Of a DNA stretch of 32,000 nucleotides, positions 30,666-32,000 are shown one piece after another. Both the position numbers and the translations under genes were made by a program. This stretch comes from Caedibacter taeniospiralis (lineage in GTDB: Bacteria; Pseudomonadota; Gammaproteobacteria; Francisellales; Francisellaceae): NCBI RefSeq assembly GCF_002803295.2, contig NZ_PGGB02000007.1, positions 1-32,000 of the forward strand, given 5' to 3'. Numbering within the stretch: position 1 is the stretch's first letter; each line of letters begins with the position of its first letter. The notes beneath the pieces are model-generated. The model was not told where the DNA came from. It made no database searches and saw nothing but the letters and a program-made list of their open reading frames with translations.

Positions 30666-32000
30666 TCAGTTTTCCGTACCAGTATTACCCGTTTGTTTCG
30701 AGAAAACAAAACCGTCGCTCTCACTGGTCACCTGGATGACATCACCTGGGACATAACGCCCTTCGAGCAAATAAGTTGCTAAGGGGTTTTCTATGTAATG
30801 CTGAATCGCGCGTTTAAGCGGTCTTGCACCAAACACAGGATCGAAACCATGATCAGCCAGTTCGTCCATGGCAACGGCAGAAACCTCCAGTTTTAAATCA
30901 CGTTCATGCAAACGTTTACGCACGCGATTAATCTGAATCTCGGCGATTTGTTTGATCATTTCCTTACTCAATGGTTCAAACACAACCGTTTCATCAATAC
31001 GATTAACAAACTCTGGTCTAAAGTGCTGCAGCACAATCTGTAAAACGGCTTGTTTAACTTTATCATAACCTTCACGGTGGAGTTTTTCCTGAATTAAATG
31101 TGAACCCAAGTTTGAGGTCATAATAAGTAGCGTATTTTTAAAATCTACTGTACGCCCCTGGCTATCGGTTAAGCGTCCATCATCCAGTATTTGCAACAGA
31201 ATATTAAACACATCAGGGTGTGCTTTTTCTACTTCATCAAGCAAAATAACTGAATAAGGCTTACGTCTGACATGCTCCGTTAAATAACCTCCCTGCTCGT
31301 AACCCACGTAGCCTGGAGGTGCACCAATCAGGCGCGCAACTGAATGTTTCTCCATAAACTCGGACATGTCCACTCTTAGCATCGCATCTTCACTGTCAAA
31401 CATAAACTCGGCTAATGCTTTAGTAAGCTCAGTTTTACCGACTCCTGTTGGTCCCAGAAATAAAAAGGAACCCGTTGGGCGATTAGGATCGGATAAACCA
31501 GAGCGGGCACGCCTTACCGCATTGGATACCGCAAGAATTGCTTCTTTTTGCCCAATGACACGCTTAGCCAAAAAATCTTCCATATGTAAAAGTTTCTCAC
31601 GTTCACCTTCCATCATTTTATTGACAGGAATCCCAGTCGATTTAGATACCACTTCAGCAATTTCATTTTCAGTGACTTGTGTGCGTACCAGTTTGGTCTT
31701 AACAGGATCTGCTTTTGCTATCGACTTAATCTGCTCTTCCAGTTGCGGGATAAGCCCATATTGTAACTCCGCCATTTTTGATAAATCACCAACACGTTTA
31801 GCCGCATCAAGGTCAATTTTTGCCTGGTCAAGCTGCTCCTTGAGCTTTTGAGAGCCTTGCATCTGTGCCTTTTCAGATTTCCAGATTTCCTCAAAGCCTG
31901 AATACTCTTTCTCAAGCGCTTTGATTTCATCTTCCAATACATCTAAGCGTTTTTTGGTTGCCTCATCTTTTTCTTTTTTTAGCTGCTCACGCTGCATTTT
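30666..32000 (-). CDS. clpB: ATP-dependent chaperone ClpB (C-terminal part; gene continues beyond the right edge)
   Basis: [101 protein letters not shown]; coiled-coil middle domain open to the window edge. Confidence 0.95.
   Translation of the reverse strand, partial: KMQREQLKKEKDEATKKRLDVLEDEIKALEKEYSGFEEIWKSEKAQMQGSQKLKEQLDQAKIDLDAAKRVGDLSKMAELQYGLIPQLEEQIKSIAKADPVKTKLVRTQVTENEIAEVVSKSTGIPVNKMMEGEREKLLHMEDFLAKRVIGQKEAILAVSNAVRRARSGLSDPNRPTGSFLFLGPTGVGKTELTKALAEFMFDSEDAMLRVDMSEFMEKHSVARLIGAPPGYVGYEQGGYLTEHVRRKPYSVILLDEVEKAHPDVFNILLQILDDGRLTDSQGRTVDFKNTLLIMTSNLGSHLIQEKLHREGYDKVKQAVLQIVLQHFRPEFVNRIDETVVFEPLSKEMIKQIAEIQINRVRKRLHERDLKLEVSAVAMDELADHGFDPVFGARPLKRAIQHYIENPLATYLLEGRYVPGDVIQVTSESDGFVFSKQTGNTGTEN

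Overview
This window looks like a mostly ordinary chromosomal segment of a low-GC gammaproteobacterium (lineage inferred from gene content only). Core genes include ompA-like, pepP-like, uvrD, cbpM-cbpA, mlaA, an emrB-like MFS transporter, glnE, purL, 5-formyl-THF cyclo-ligase, bolA-like, rlmE, PduO-type cobalamin adenosyltransferase, mscS, ispD, ftsB, eno, engB, an LMW phosphatase, greA and clpB (truncated by the window). Non-routine content: (1) a ~110-bp repeat occurs once in the intergenic region upstream of a cation/H+ antiporter gene and once in frame inside glnE, in the linker between its two adenylyltransferase halves, carrying a hexameric (ACTCAC)n microsatellite; (2) a compact minus-strand module EamA - HEPN (RX4HXY) - MNT (GSX10DXD) - Xre/MbcA-type antitoxin - RES toxin, with overlapping junctions and a paired ATCATATGAT palindrome upstream of the Xre gene; (3) a cation/H+ antiporter gene apparently split from its TrkA-N domain by a 1-nt frame change; (4) an enolase with a ~70-aa acidic C-terminal extension; (5) a BspA/DUF285-repeat surface protein truncated at the left edge; (6) several structured palindromic intergenic elements of more than one family. 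I see no clear evidence of a wholly new defence or mobile system. The in-frame glnE repeat and the double toxin-antitoxin-like cluster are the best leads.
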